A DNA stretch of 64,000 nucleotides. It comes from a virus. The stretch spans positions 7,098 to 71,097 of IMG/VR virus record IMGVR_UViG_3300021963_000102. One strand, given 5' to 3'. Under the pieces are notes generated by a model. The model saw only the letters and a program-made list of their open reading frames with translations, was not told where the DNA came from and made no database searches. The position numbers and the translations under genes were made by a program. Of the stretch, positions 49,535 to 58,034 are shown piece after piece (positions within the stretch are counted from its first letter, which is position 1; each line of letters begins with the position of its first letter).

Positions 49535-49814
49535 ATTTTTCTAATTCATCACCCTGTTCTTCCGTGGCTACAGCCCCCCACTTGTCTATAGGACAGGAAC
49601 AAGAAAGGCATTTTGTCTTAGCAGCTAGTGTACATCCACAATGTGTGCAATGTTCATCTGGACGAACAGAGTTGTAGTTTTTTGAATGCCAGCGACAAGC
49701 TTCACAAATCCCCATCCTATATTCACTTGTTTCCTGGATGGCCTGTTTTATCTCCTTAGGTGGTATGAGGTTGTTCCTCCACCCCTCGTACATCTGGGAG
49801 AAGTTGATTTTCAT
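49521..49814 (-). CDS. Small Cys-rich metal-binding protein
   Basis: RMGICEAC...CTHCGCTLAAK...SCPIDKW. Confidence 0.7.
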   Translation of the reverse strand: MKINFSQMYEGWRNNLIPPKEIKQAIQETSEYRMGICEACRWHSKNYNSVRPDEHCTHCGCTLAAKTKCLSCSCPIDKWGAVATEEQGDELEKYGEE

Positions 49815-50154
49815 GTAATTTTGGTTTTAACACTTCTATATTATGTCTTGTTGCCTGAAGCTTCATCTCTGTTGTTCTCTTTTTGGTTTCTGTTACATCG
49901 GGCTTAGAGAGGATGTTTACCAGGGCTTTTTCAATCTGCTTATACATTGCCATCTTCTTAATGGCCTTCTTATCATTAAAAATAAGCTTCCCAAATCCAC
50001 TAATCTCTATTGTCTTATTACTGAGCATAGCTTCGTTAGCGCTTTGGAACTGGTGATTGATGACAGCTTCAATGGTCTTTTCACTAAGAAGCATCTTAGG
50101 GGCTAGTTTCCTTATCAGCCAATCTTTCATGGCTAAACTCACTGGCTTATCCAT
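49756..50154 (-). CDS. HU/IHF-like DNA-binding protein
   Basis: SEKTIEAVI...KTIEISGFGKLIF; ATG at 50154. Confidence 0.6.
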   Translation of the reverse strand: MDKPVSLAMKDWLIRKLAPKMLLSEKTIEAVINHQFQSANEAMLSNKTIEISGFGKLIFNDKKAIKKMAMYKQIEKALVNILSKPDVTETKKRTTEMKLQATRHNIEVLKPKLHENQLLPDVRGVEEQPHTT

Positions 50155-50500
50155 TGACAAGCTTTATTTCAAGGGTGATGTCTTTTGCAAAATCTAGGAC
50201 AATAACTGGATTCACCTTCACCTTAGAAGCATCCTTCACCAGAATGCCCATCTTCTTAAGCTTGGAAATAATGTTATTTATTGTAGGCCCTGTTGTTCCA
50301 TATTTCTCACAAAACTCCTGTCTTATGTTAGCATAGCTCATATTCCCCCTAACAGCTGTAAAGGCTATAAGCTCTATTTCTCTTTTTGTAAGCTGTAAAT
50401 TGTTTACAGAAGACAATATAGAATAATACCTCTGAGCTAATAAGAAACTATCAGCTTCAGCTTTTTTCATCTTTTGTAATATCACCACTCTCTTTTCCAT
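50147..50500 (-). CDS. Winged-HTH DNA-binding protein
   Basis: Likely start MEKRVV at 50500; LTKREIELIAF...TINNIISKLKKMGILVK...VNP. Confidence 0.65.
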   Translation of the reverse strand: MEKRVVILQKMKKAEADSFLLAQRYYSILSSVNNLQLTKREIELIAFTAVRGNMSYANIRQEFCEKYGTTGPTINNIISKLKKMGILVKDASKVKVNPVIVLDFAKDITLEIKLVNG

Positions 50501-50513
50501 ATTATAGATGGTA

Positions 50514-50545
50514 CAAAGATAGGGAATGTTTCTAACATATTCAAA
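50514..50545 (-). promoter_or_regulatory. Bacteroidetes promoter (-33 TTTG, -7 TATCTTTG)
   Basis: Perfect consensus with 20-nt spacer, 13 nt upstream of the ATG at 50500. Confidence 0.8.
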
Positions 50546-50589
50546 CACAATTATTTACACGAATGCTATATTATGCTCCGTTTTTCATC

Positions 50590-50945
50590 CTATCATCAGC
50601 ACCATTAACACCTTCCCCACCCAACCACCCCAAAGATACAGGTGAATAAATGACATTTCCAAATTTATTTTTAACAGTTTAAAAACACACCCCTATTCAT
50701 ACCCACAGTGTAAATATGTTCTATTATGTAAACCCATCATGTCCTAATATGTAAACCCACCCCTTAACAAACACCCCCCTAGTAGTAAACCCATATATTG
50801 ACCATTCCCCCCTCCATAAACATCCTTCTATCAACCCCCTATCCCCTAATCATCTGGAAATCAACTATGTGCATAGGAGGGGAGGGTACTTCCAACAGAA
50901 ACCCCACTGTCGAAAAGTAAATTGGGGGTATCCCCCCTATCATTA
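50590..50945. other. C-rich non-coding strand-switch region (candidate origin, genome end or early promoter)
   Basis: Many C3-C6 runs, three GTAAACCCA copies, and a GGGGG-TAT-CCCCC hairpin; transcription diverges from here. Confidence 0.55.
50631..50663 (-). promoter_or_regulatory. Second Bacteroidetes promoter (-33 TTTG, -7 TATCTTTG)
   Basis: Perfect consensus with 21-nt spacer, in tandem with the 50514 promoter. Confidence 0.65.
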
Positions 50946-50962
50946 ACCTAAAACCATTTAAA

Positions 50963-51361
50963 ATGGCTTTTAATTTTAAGATTTATCAAAGAGAAGACAG
51001 AGTGTCATTGGGAACACTCGCAACAGTTTGTGGTGTTGGCGGTAGCTATCGCCCTTGTAGTACAAAGAACCTTGCTGACCACAGCAAGCGTTTGGTGCTA
51101 ACACTTACAAGAGCTGATGGCACAAGTGATTTAGTAACTTGCAGTGGGGAACTCTCAAAGCGCTTGCGTAATAAAGAGATTGCCCTCAGCCAAATTGCTA
51201 ATTTCCCAATTGTTGAGCAATTAACAGAAGATGGTGACATTATGAACTGCGTTCAATTGCCTGCTGGTACAACACAGCTTCCCACTGTTAATGTAACAGA
51301 AGAAATGCCTGACTATCAGCCTGTTAACACCTTCAACCCAGAAGAGCTAATTGCCTTCTGA
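50963..51361 (+). CDS. Probable single-stranded DNA-binding protein
   Basis: 132 aa, beta-rich, with acidic tail ending EELIAF; first plus-strand gene, with its own terminator. Function is inferred. Confidence 0.45.
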   Translation: MAFNFKIYQREDRVSLGTLATVCGVGGSYRPCSTKNLADHSKRLVLTLTRADGTSDLVTCSGELSKRLRNKEIALSQIANFPIVEQLTEDGDIMNCVQLPAGTTQLPTVNVTEEMPDYQPVNTFNPEELIAF

Positions 51362-51368
51362 TAATTGA

Positions 51369-51394
51369 GAGAGCCCTTCGGGGCTCTTTCTTTT
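51369..51394 (+). terminator. Intrinsic terminator
   Basis: GAGAGCCC-TTCG-GGGCTCTT followed by TCTTTT. Confidence 0.85.
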
Positions 51395-51589
51395 ATATAT
51401 TGGGTGGGAAGAAAGCATTTCTAGGGTGGGAAGTGGTAAAATTATGCTCATAACGCATTGATATTCAGTGTGTTAGAGAGGTGATGTATCACCATTCACC
51501 ACTTTCTCCCACTTTTTGACACATATAAGTAAATAAAACACCTATATGCCATACATATAGCATTAATTAACCATTTAAACCTATTAGCT

Positions 51590-51706
51590 ATGAGTTATTT
51601 TATTATTGATCCTAAAGGTAAGATATATTATGAAGCTTGCTGTATGGAAGAAGCTTTAATGAATTGTCCTAAAGGATATACAATTAAAATTGGACAGAGC
51701 CTGTAA
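51590..51706 (+). CDS. 38-aa hypothetical protein
   Basis: MSYFIIDPKGKIYYEACCMEEALMNCPKGYTIKIGQSL; A-rich leader; a hairpin plus T-run overlaps the stop. Confidence 0.5.
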   Translation: MSYFIIDPKGKIYYEACCMEEALMNCPKGYTIKIGQSL

Positions 51707-51725
51707 CAGGGCTCTTTTAATTATA

Positions 51726-51804
51726 GTTAGGTGGCGAAATAGAGCAAACGCACGTATTATTGTACGATTCCTATTGGAATACAGGTTCAAGTCCTGTCCT
51801 GACA
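51726..51804 (+). ncRNA. tRNA-like RNA (class II-like cloverleaf, non-canonical anticodon arm)
   Basis: Acceptor GTTAGG/CCTGAC, D-stem GCG/CGC, CGTA/TACG arm, variable arm ATTCC/GGAAT, T-arm ACAGG-TTCAAGT-CCTGT. Confidence 0.7.
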
Positions 51805-51881
51805 TTTGTTGCATATGACATACAACAGAATATATATGCTGAGGCAACATTAGGCTATATATTCGCTTTAAAACGCTTGTT

Positions 51882-52244
51882 ATGAAAAACGAAACTATTT
51901 ACACAATAGTCCCTGATACCATAGATGGCAATTACATAGGAGATTACAAATATGAAGATGTTGTTAGAGCTAGTTGGTGTTATTTACACGGTGATTTACA
52001 AGATAAGGTGGGATATGACATATTCAGTATGTTACGGGCTGAGTTAAAGCCTGAGCAGATTGATGAAACATGGCTGTCTGATGAATTTACAGAAGGCATA
52101 TATTCATGTGTATGCATGGGTGAGCCTTGTACATTCTTCAGATGGAAGCGTATGCACTATAAAGGACTTGTGGTCCTTAATGCAGATAAGGAGTCATACG
52201 AATATGCATCTAAATGTTATGAAGAAAGAGAATATTCAATTTAA
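51882..52244 (+). CDS. Hypothetical early protein
   Basis: 120-aa ATG ORF with A-rich leader. Confidence 0.65.
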   Translation: MKNETIYTIVPDTIDGNYIGDYKYEDVVRASWCYLHGDLQDKVGYDIFSMLRAELKPEQIDETWLSDEFTEGIYSCVCMGEPCTFFRWKRMHYKGLVVLNADKESYEYASKCYEEREYSI

Positions 52245-52278
52245 CTTATTAATAATCAATCATTTAAAACAGTTTGCT

Positions 52279-52767
52279 ATGAAAAATGAACTTGTTCTCC
52301 CTTTAGGAGTAAAAATTGAAGATGGTCACCTGTATTTTGGAGATCGTCAGGTTTCTTTCCACCGTAAGCCATACAAATTTGCTCACATTCCTACAATGGC
52401 AACAATGTTTGCTGTTAGATATGGCAAAGGTCAGCTGTGCACCACATTTGATATTATGCTACGTGAGGATGGTCATGAAGAACCACTTATTTGGCTTTCT
52501 GGAGTGAGAATGGCAGAAGATAAATTTCTTCCTAGTGCTTATTATTCCAATTGGAGGTCTGTTGAGTATGTACTAAACACCTTTGCCAAAGAACTACAGG
52601 GTGAAGAGTGGTACATAGAAGTGGATGACATTAATGATGAGTATGCGTGGGATGAGGAAAAAGGTGTATTTAGAAAGCAGATGAAGATTGAGAAGATAGA
52701 GTATACGTGGGCTGATGATGATGAGCCAACATATGACTCAGCAGGCTATACAGACCAAGATAGATGA
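52279..52767 (+). CDS. Hypothetical early protein
   Basis: Likely start MKNELVLP at 52279; acidic C-terminus. Confidence 0.65.
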   Translation: MKNELVLPLGVKIEDGHLYFGDRQVSFHRKPYKFAHIPTMATMFAVRYGKGQLCTTFDIMLREDGHEEPLIWLSGVRMAEDKFLPSAYYSNWRSVEYVLNTFAKELQGEEWYIEVDDINDEYAWDEEKGVFRKQMKIEKIEYTWADDDEPTYDSAGYTDQDR

Positions 52768-52868
52768 TATATTGAAGGTGTCTATGCACAAGATAGATAG
52801 TGACTACCTGGTAACAGCCTTTATATTCTTCTTTACATTACATTTATAAACCCTTAATAATCAACAAC

Positions 52869-53009
52869 ATGAGAAAGTCACTCACTCTCAGGAGCTATGA
52901 GCTCTTCCAAAGCTGGTACAACCACCTAAAAAGACGTTTTATGTCTCTTAAACTCTTGTTTATCAAGAGAATAGGAGCAAGAGCTGTTCATGTAATCATT
53001 TCTTATTAA
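52869..53009 (+). CDS. 46-aa basic hypothetical protein
   Basis: MRKSLTLRSYELFQSWYNHLKRR...; fills the gap. Confidence 0.45.
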   Translation: MRKSLTLRSYELFQSWYNHLKRRFMSLKLLFIKRIGARAVHVIISY

Positions 53010-53024
53010 CCAAAATCAATTCCT

Positions 53025-53240
53025 ATGCAACCTCTCAAACATTTGTTCAATTGGACATGCTGGATGCTGGTGCCTCCAGTGTTGTTTTTCATTTTCTCGT
53101 TCATTTTTAGTTATTCTTATTTTGATGTGGTGAAAAGCGCTCCGTTTTTCATTATTTATTTCCTATGGGCTATTATAGCCACTGTGGGATATTGTGCATC
53201 ATTAGAAGAAGACCACAAACCAATGTCTTTTATTAAATAA
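53025..53240 (+). CDS. Small two-TM membrane protein
   Basis: 71 aa with two Phe-rich hydrophobic segments. Confidence 0.6.
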   Translation: MQPLKHLFNWTCWMLVPPVLFFIFSFIFSYSYFDVVKSAPFFIIYFLWAIIATVGYCASLEEDHKPMSFIK

Positions 53241-53261
53241 CCCTTAAAAACTCACAAACCA

Positions 53262-53666
53262 ATGAAAGAGTTAGTATTTAGTCACGACAATAGCAGCATA
53301 CATGAGGCTTTTGGCGTGGAAACAGAAAGGAGAGACTACCTACATGGTGCAATTCTCTACAACATTGCCTACCAAAAAATTATGGTGGACCAATTATTTG
53401 ATGATGAGGATAATGTGCCTAGGAATCTATGCACTAAAACTGGCATTATAGAGCGCTTTTTAGAAAATGCTGAGACAGAAGAAGAGCGTCTTGTAATGAT
53501 GTGGGACTATGCCACAGTGGATTGTAAAATTGACAGTAATGATATTAGAGGACATTTGTTCTTTGAAATGATCTTAAAAAGAGTGAAACACTTTGACTTA
53601 GATCAGGACAAATTCTGTTCCTGGTGGATAAATAAGAAAAGACAAGTGGACGCTGAAAACGATTAA
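53262..53666 (+). CDS. Hypothetical protein
   Basis: 134-aa ATG ORF. Confidence 0.65.
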   Translation: MKELVFSHDNSSIHEAFGVETERRDYLHGAILYNIAYQKIMVDQLFDDEDNVPRNLCTKTGIIERFLENAETEEERLVMMWDYATVDCKIDSNDIRGHLFFEMILKRVKHFDLDQDKFCSWWINKKRQVDAEND

Positions 53667-53695
53667 TTAACCAATAAAACAAAAACAAAAGGTTT

Positions 53696-54688
53696 ATGAA
53701 AACCACAACACTCAAAACCGACAGAACATCAGCTAAAAAGGCTACAGAGCCCTTATTTAGCGCAGAAACAATGGTGGAACTAATCAAGGGGTCCACAGAA
53801 GGAGACAGTAAACCAGAGCCTAAGCCTGAATTTAGCAGTGAGAGACACATTAAGCTCAATGGCTATTTTATGGTGAGCGAGGGTATGTATGCTGTTTTAA
53901 AGCGTAACATCTTAAGAAATGTAAATACGCTCTTATTAGGCCCTACAGGTGTAGGTAAAACAGAACTAGTGAGCAATATTGCTCAGTCGTTAGGTGTGCC
54001 TCTCACCATATTTGACATGGGCACTATGACAGACCCAATTATGTCCTTAGTGGGTAATCACGTTATTAAGATGACTGATGGCATCACCACTAGTACATTT
54101 GTTAACAGTAGATTTTCTGAGGTGATTCAAAAGCCTGGTATTGTCCTATTAGACGAGATATCAAGGGCTGTTGTTACATCTAACAACCTGCTGTTCCCAT
54201 GTCTAGATTTTCGTAGAGAGCTTCCTATGGAATATTCATTTGAGAACAATGAGCCTATTAAGGTGCATCCTCAATGTGTATTCATAGCTACAGCCAATTT
54301 AGGTGGTCAATATACAGGTACACATAAGCTAGATAGAGCTCTATTAGACCGTTTTATGGTGATTGAGCTTGATCCGCTTAAGAGCACAGAGGTGAAAAGA
54401 GCCCTTAAAACAAGCTATAAGAGCTTAAATACAGACATCATCAACGAGGCTGTGAAAACATATGTGGACATCAATAAGGCCCATTCTGAGTTCACTATTA
54501 GCTTTAGCCTATCTCTGCGTCACTTAAAGATGATATGTGAGCTAGTGGAAGATGGATTCACCCTTTATGACTCATTCTATATTGTTTGTAAGGGTATTGG
54601 TGGTCCTGATGGGGCAAAGGCTCTCGAAACAATATTTAAAACTTCTAAATCTGATTCTGATGGGGAAGATAGCGAAGATGATGAATAG
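53696..54688 (+). CDS. MoxR/CbbQ/CobS-type AAA+ ATPase
   Basis: GPTGVGKT, VLLDEISR, FIATAN, LDRALLDRF and SLR motifs. Confidence 0.9.
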   Translation: MKTTTLKTDRTSAKKATEPLFSAETMVELIKGSTEGDSKPEPKPEFSSERHIKLNGYFMVSEGMYAVLKRNILRNVNTLLLGPTGVGKTELVSNIAQSLGVPLTIFDMGTMTDPIMSLVGNHVIKMTDGITTSTFVNSRFSEVIQKPGIVLLDEISRAVVTSNNLLFPCLDFRRELPMEYSFENNEPIKVHPQCVFIATANLGGQYTGTHKLDRALLDRFMVIELDPLKSTEVKRALKTSYKSLNTDIINEAVKTYVDINKAHSEFTISFSLSLRHLKMICELVEDGFTLYDSFYIVCKGIGGPDGAKALETIFKTSKSDSDGEDSEDDE

Positions 54689-56006
54689 TGTCTTCAATTG
54701 GGAAGATAGCTATTTCGGTGGATATGAAAGGGTGATCTATGATCATCCTTCCATATTCGTTCCTCTGTCTATTGATGTAAGTTATACATCCAATCCTTCT
54801 GGTCTCACGTATTACACAGCCAATAAACTCTGTAATTTGTTTCTTCTTAAATGCATGAAACATAATATGTATCCTGTTTTGCTTAAGAATGCAAAAACAG
54901 AGGTGCGTAAAAACTGGATGGGTAAGGAGGAAACAGTGACAGTTTTTAACCAAAGATCTATTCGTGAATGTGTAACAGCCCTTTGTGTTATTGGAGATCC
55001 ATTAGAAAACCTATTTGGTCATTATGCCAAGTTTCTAAGGGACATCACCATTGAATATACACATCCTGATGAGAAAGATAAGAAAAAATCAATTTGTGCA
55101 TCAAGAGGTGGAGATTCTGTTGAGGAGCTTATGGGTGAAGAGTTCAGTAAAATAAAGGAGAACAATCCCTATTCATCAATGCGTTCTGGGGATGCTGTTT
55201 CTGGTGATTTAAAGGATGAAACCGTCTTTGAGAATGCTGATGATAAAGGATGTGGTGTATGGACTCCATCTCCAGAAGAACAAAAACTCTCTAATGCTCT
55301 TGTCAACCTATTAGATATATCTTTTGATCCTACAGAGGACAGGATATCCAATCTAAAATGTGGCAAAATGAGCCCTCACAAGGTGGCAGAAATCCCTGCT
55401 GGTAATACACACATTTATTACAGAGTGGAACATGACCAAAACACTAAACCATTCAGTGTGTGCATATTATGCGATGAGAGTGGTTCTATGAGAGGAGATC
55501 GTTTAGCTGTTTCTCAAAATCACCTTGTAAAGGTGCTATACGGAGCATTTTCTCAAATTATGCCCAAAGAGAAGATATATATCTATGGGCACAGTGGTGA
55601 TAGCACACCTGTTGTTCGTGTGTATAATGACCATTACAATCTCTGTTTTGAAGAACTCATCAACTCTCAACTACATCAACATTATGATGAGAACTATGAT
55701 GGTCCTGTTATAGAATGTGTTTATGAGCGTGTCAGAGAACAAACCTCTGATAACATCCTATTCATATCTATTAGCGATGGTCAGCCATCTGGTGTAGATT
55801 ATGGTGGTCAATCTGCTATTGAGGACCTACAGAGAGTGATTGAGAAGTGCAAACGTGATGGGTTTGTTACAATGGGTATAGGACTTCTCTATCACAAAGT
55901 GAAAGACATATACAACTATCACACTGTCATTAATAACACAAAACATCTAGTTCAAAATGTATCATCCCTTATTAACCGTGTTGTAAAAACGGAATTTAAG
56001 AGCTAG
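54678..56006 (+). CDS. VWA-domain protein (CobT/NorD-like), partner of the AAA+ ATPase
   Basis: MIDAS motif CDESGSM, ENYDG and ISDGQP; likely start at 54678. Confidence 0.88.
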   Translation: MMNSVFNWEDSYFGGYERVIYDHPSIFVPLSIDVSYTSNPSGLTYYTANKLCNLFLLKCMKHNMYPVLLKNAKTEVRKNWMGKEETVTVFNQRSIRECVTALCVIGDPLENLFGHYAKFLRDITIEYTHPDEKDKKKSICASRGGDSVEELMGEEFSKIKENNPYSSMRSGDAVSGDLKDETVFENADDKGCGVWTPSPEEQKLSNALVNLLDISFDPTEDRISNLKCGKMSPHKVAEIPAGNTHIYYRVEHDQNTKPFSVCILCDESGSMRGDRLAVSQNHLVKVLYGAFSQIMPKEKIYIYGHSGDSTPVVRVYNDHYNLCFEELINSQLHQHYDENYDGPVIECVYERVREQTSDNILFISISDGQPSGVDYGGQSAIEDLQRVIEKCKRDGFVTMGIGLLYHKVKDIYNYHTVINNTKHLVQNVSSLINRVVKTEFKS

Positions 56007-56025
56007 GTTTGTGAGTGTAAACCGA

Positions 56026-56070
56026 AAAGATGGAAGGGGCTTTAACTAGCCTCTTCCTCTTTTATTTATT
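56026..56070 (+). terminator. Probable intrinsic terminator
   Basis: GGAAGGGGCT/AGCCTCTTCC followed by TCTTTTATTT. Confidence 0.6.
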
Positions 56071-56138
56071 TATGGCAAGCAATCATACGCTCCTGTATGT
56101 CTATACGGGGAGCTTTTATTAATTAAAATTTTATTCAA

Positions 56139-56543
56139 ATGACAACTATGACAGATGTTATTGTAGAAACAAGAAGGTTCTACAAAGAAGATGGCAGGTG
56201 GTATATTGACCTACCTGAATATATTGATGCAGGTGGCACAAAAGGTGACCTGCAAATGGTGGCAGGAGCTGATCAATGGCTTGATAAGCTGTCTGATAAT
56301 ACACAAGAGGTGACAATAAAATTCTCTAATGCAAAGTTTGATGGATATGAAGACTCTATGGGTCAGTCTCTGTATTTTGCAGGTGGATGGGAAGTGGAAG
56401 ATGTTTCTCCATCTGAAATAGACAGTGGTAAATGGTACACCACCACATCAGGACATAATTTATGGCTGTGTCCTGTTACAAAGTTTGTATTCTGGGGAGA
56501 CTATCCAAAGGTGATATTCTACTCAGTGATAAAACCACAATAA
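56139..56543 (+). CDS. Conserved hypothetical phage protein (DUF6717-like)
   Basis: WYIDLP...LQMVAGAD...WLCPVTKFVF...YP pattern; family assigned from memory. Confidence 0.55.
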   Translation: MTTMTDVIVETRRFYKEDGRWYIDLPEYIDAGGTKGDLQMVAGADQWLDKLSDNTQEVTIKFSNAKFDGYEDSMGQSLYFAGGWEVEDVSPSEIDSGKWYTTTSGHNLWLCPVTKFVFWGDYPKVIFYSVIKPQ

Positions 56544-56544
56544 C

Positions 56545-56679
56545 ATGAAAAAATATTTGTTTCTATGCCTAATAATGGTTATATTTATGTGCCAATCTTG
56601 CGCTACAAATGGGTATGGATGCAAGGGTAGGGCTAAAGAACCTACAGGTACAATAGGTAAACGCTGGAAGGCATTATAA
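56545..56679 (+). CDS. 44-aa putative lipoprotein (below the ORF-track cutoff)
   Basis: MKKYLFLCLIMVIFMCQS-CATNGYGCKG...: basic N-region, hydrophobic core, lipobox-like Cys. Confidence 0.6.
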   Translation: MKKYLFLCLIMVIFMCQSCATNGYGCKGRAKEPTGTIGKRWKAL

Positions 56680-56708
56680 ATCATTATATGGGTGGGTTAG
56701 TAAGGATG

Positions 56709-56745
56709 AAAAGGACAGCTCTGAAATATGAGCTGTTCCTTTTTT
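56709..56745 (+). terminator. Intrinsic terminator (possibly bidirectional)
   Basis: AAAAGGACAGCTC...GAGCTGTTCCTTTTTT. Confidence 0.75.
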
Positions 56746-56788
56746 ATGTTTGAAAAAGTGTAATTTTATCACATAAATAACATTTAAC

Positions 56789-57550
56789 ATGAAAACAGTA
56801 GTGTTAGGAGACACACATGGCACATCATTCTGGAAGCTCATTACAAACATAGAACAGCCTGATAGAGTGGTGTTTATAGGAGATTATTTTGACTCATTTG
56901 ACATAAAGCTAAATGAGCAGCTAAACAACTTCCTTGATATAATAGAATACAAGAAGACAAGTAAGGCTGATGTTATATGTCTAATAGGCAATCACGACCA
57001 TCATTATTTCCCTGAAATAGGAGATACAGGCACCTCAGGATATCAGCAGATTGGTAGCTTTCAAATAGGGCCTGTTTTAGACGCTAATAGGGAGCATTTA
57101 CAGATGGCATATAGAATGGATGAGTTTTTGTTTAGCCATGCTGGTGTGAGTGCTAAATTCATGGACAGTGTGTTTGGAATAGATGGATGGACTGTAGATA
57201 CATTAGTGGAGCAGCTCAATGAGCTGTTTAAATATAAGCCTAACACATTCACATTTGGTAATGCCATAAGTGTGAACAAACTAAGCTACACAGATCCATA
57301 TGGTGATAATGAAGAACAATCGCCTATTTGGATAAGAGTGAGGTCACTAGTGTCTGCTAATAAGAAAACAGAGCTTAAAAAGGCTGTAAGACAGATATTT
57401 GGACACACACAGGTGAAAAAAATAGACTTAGAAGCCTCAATGAAAGCTCTTGGTGGTAAATACTACCCAATAGATGCTCTATCTACAAGCCGTGAATACC
57501 TTATAATAGAAAACGGTGAGCTCATTGTAAAGAGTTTTGGCCAGATATAA
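56789..57550 (+). CDS. Calcineurin-like metallophosphoesterase
   Basis: GDTHG, GDYFD, GNHD, SHAG and FGHT motifs. Confidence 0.9.
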   Translation: MKTVVLGDTHGTSFWKLITNIEQPDRVVFIGDYFDSFDIKLNEQLNNFLDIIEYKKTSKADVICLIGNHDHHYFPEIGDTGTSGYQQIGSFQIGPVLDANREHLQMAYRMDEFLFSHAGVSAKFMDSVFGIDGWTVDTLVEQLNELFKYKPNTFTFGNAISVNKLSYTDPYGDNEEQSPIWIRVRSLVSANKKTELKKAVRQIFGHTQVKKIDLEASMKALGGKYYPIDALSTSREYLIIENGELIVKSFGQI

Positions 57551-57647
57551 ATGAGCTATAAATGGCCAAATCAGGAAGTAAATGCATGACATTTTCGGTA
57601 AAATTCATGCAAACGGTAATACATAACACATTATAAATCAGTTAGTT

Positions 57648-58034
57648 ATGACCTTTTATAAAGATTATAAGTTGATGATAGCAGATGAGTATATACACAA
57701 TAAAAGTGTTTATGGAGATGTAATTAATAGCCTTCAGGACCAACTCAAGAATACAAACAGTACATGGGAAGCGCTTAAGTTAATGACACACATTGATATA
57801 TACAAAAGAGCTATAAATGCACCTGTGACATTCCAATCTGTTAAAAGCCAAGATAATCCTGATAATGTCTACATACATGCTAGAAGCTATGTTAAAATAG
57901 GAGAAGAAGGAAAGAGGTATTGGATTGCTCAATACGTAGGAAAGAAAGGAGAGGTGACAGAAGCTCAAAAAAGACAAGCATTAATAAAAGTATCAAACAA
58001 GGCGATTGAAAAACTAAAAGAGATAGAGTTATGA
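57648..58034 (+). CDS. Hypothetical protein
   Basis: 128-aa ATG ORF. Confidence 0.6.
   Translation: MTFYKDYKLMIADEYIHNKSVYGDVINSLQDQLKNTNSTWEALKLMTHIDIYKRAINAPVTFQSVKSQDNPDNVYIHARSYVKIGEEGKRYWIAQYVGKKGEVTEAQKRQALIKVSNKAIEKLKEIEL

Noticed and set aside
356-50336. Numerous plus-strand ORFs of 60-183 aa in the late region
   Set aside because: They are antisense shadows of long, tightly packed minus-strand genes, with Ser/Leu/Phe-rich composition and no motifs.
51726-51804. Functional tRNA-Leu/Ser/Tyr
   Set aside because: No 7-nt anticodon loop or assignable anticodon, so it is reported as tRNA-like instead.
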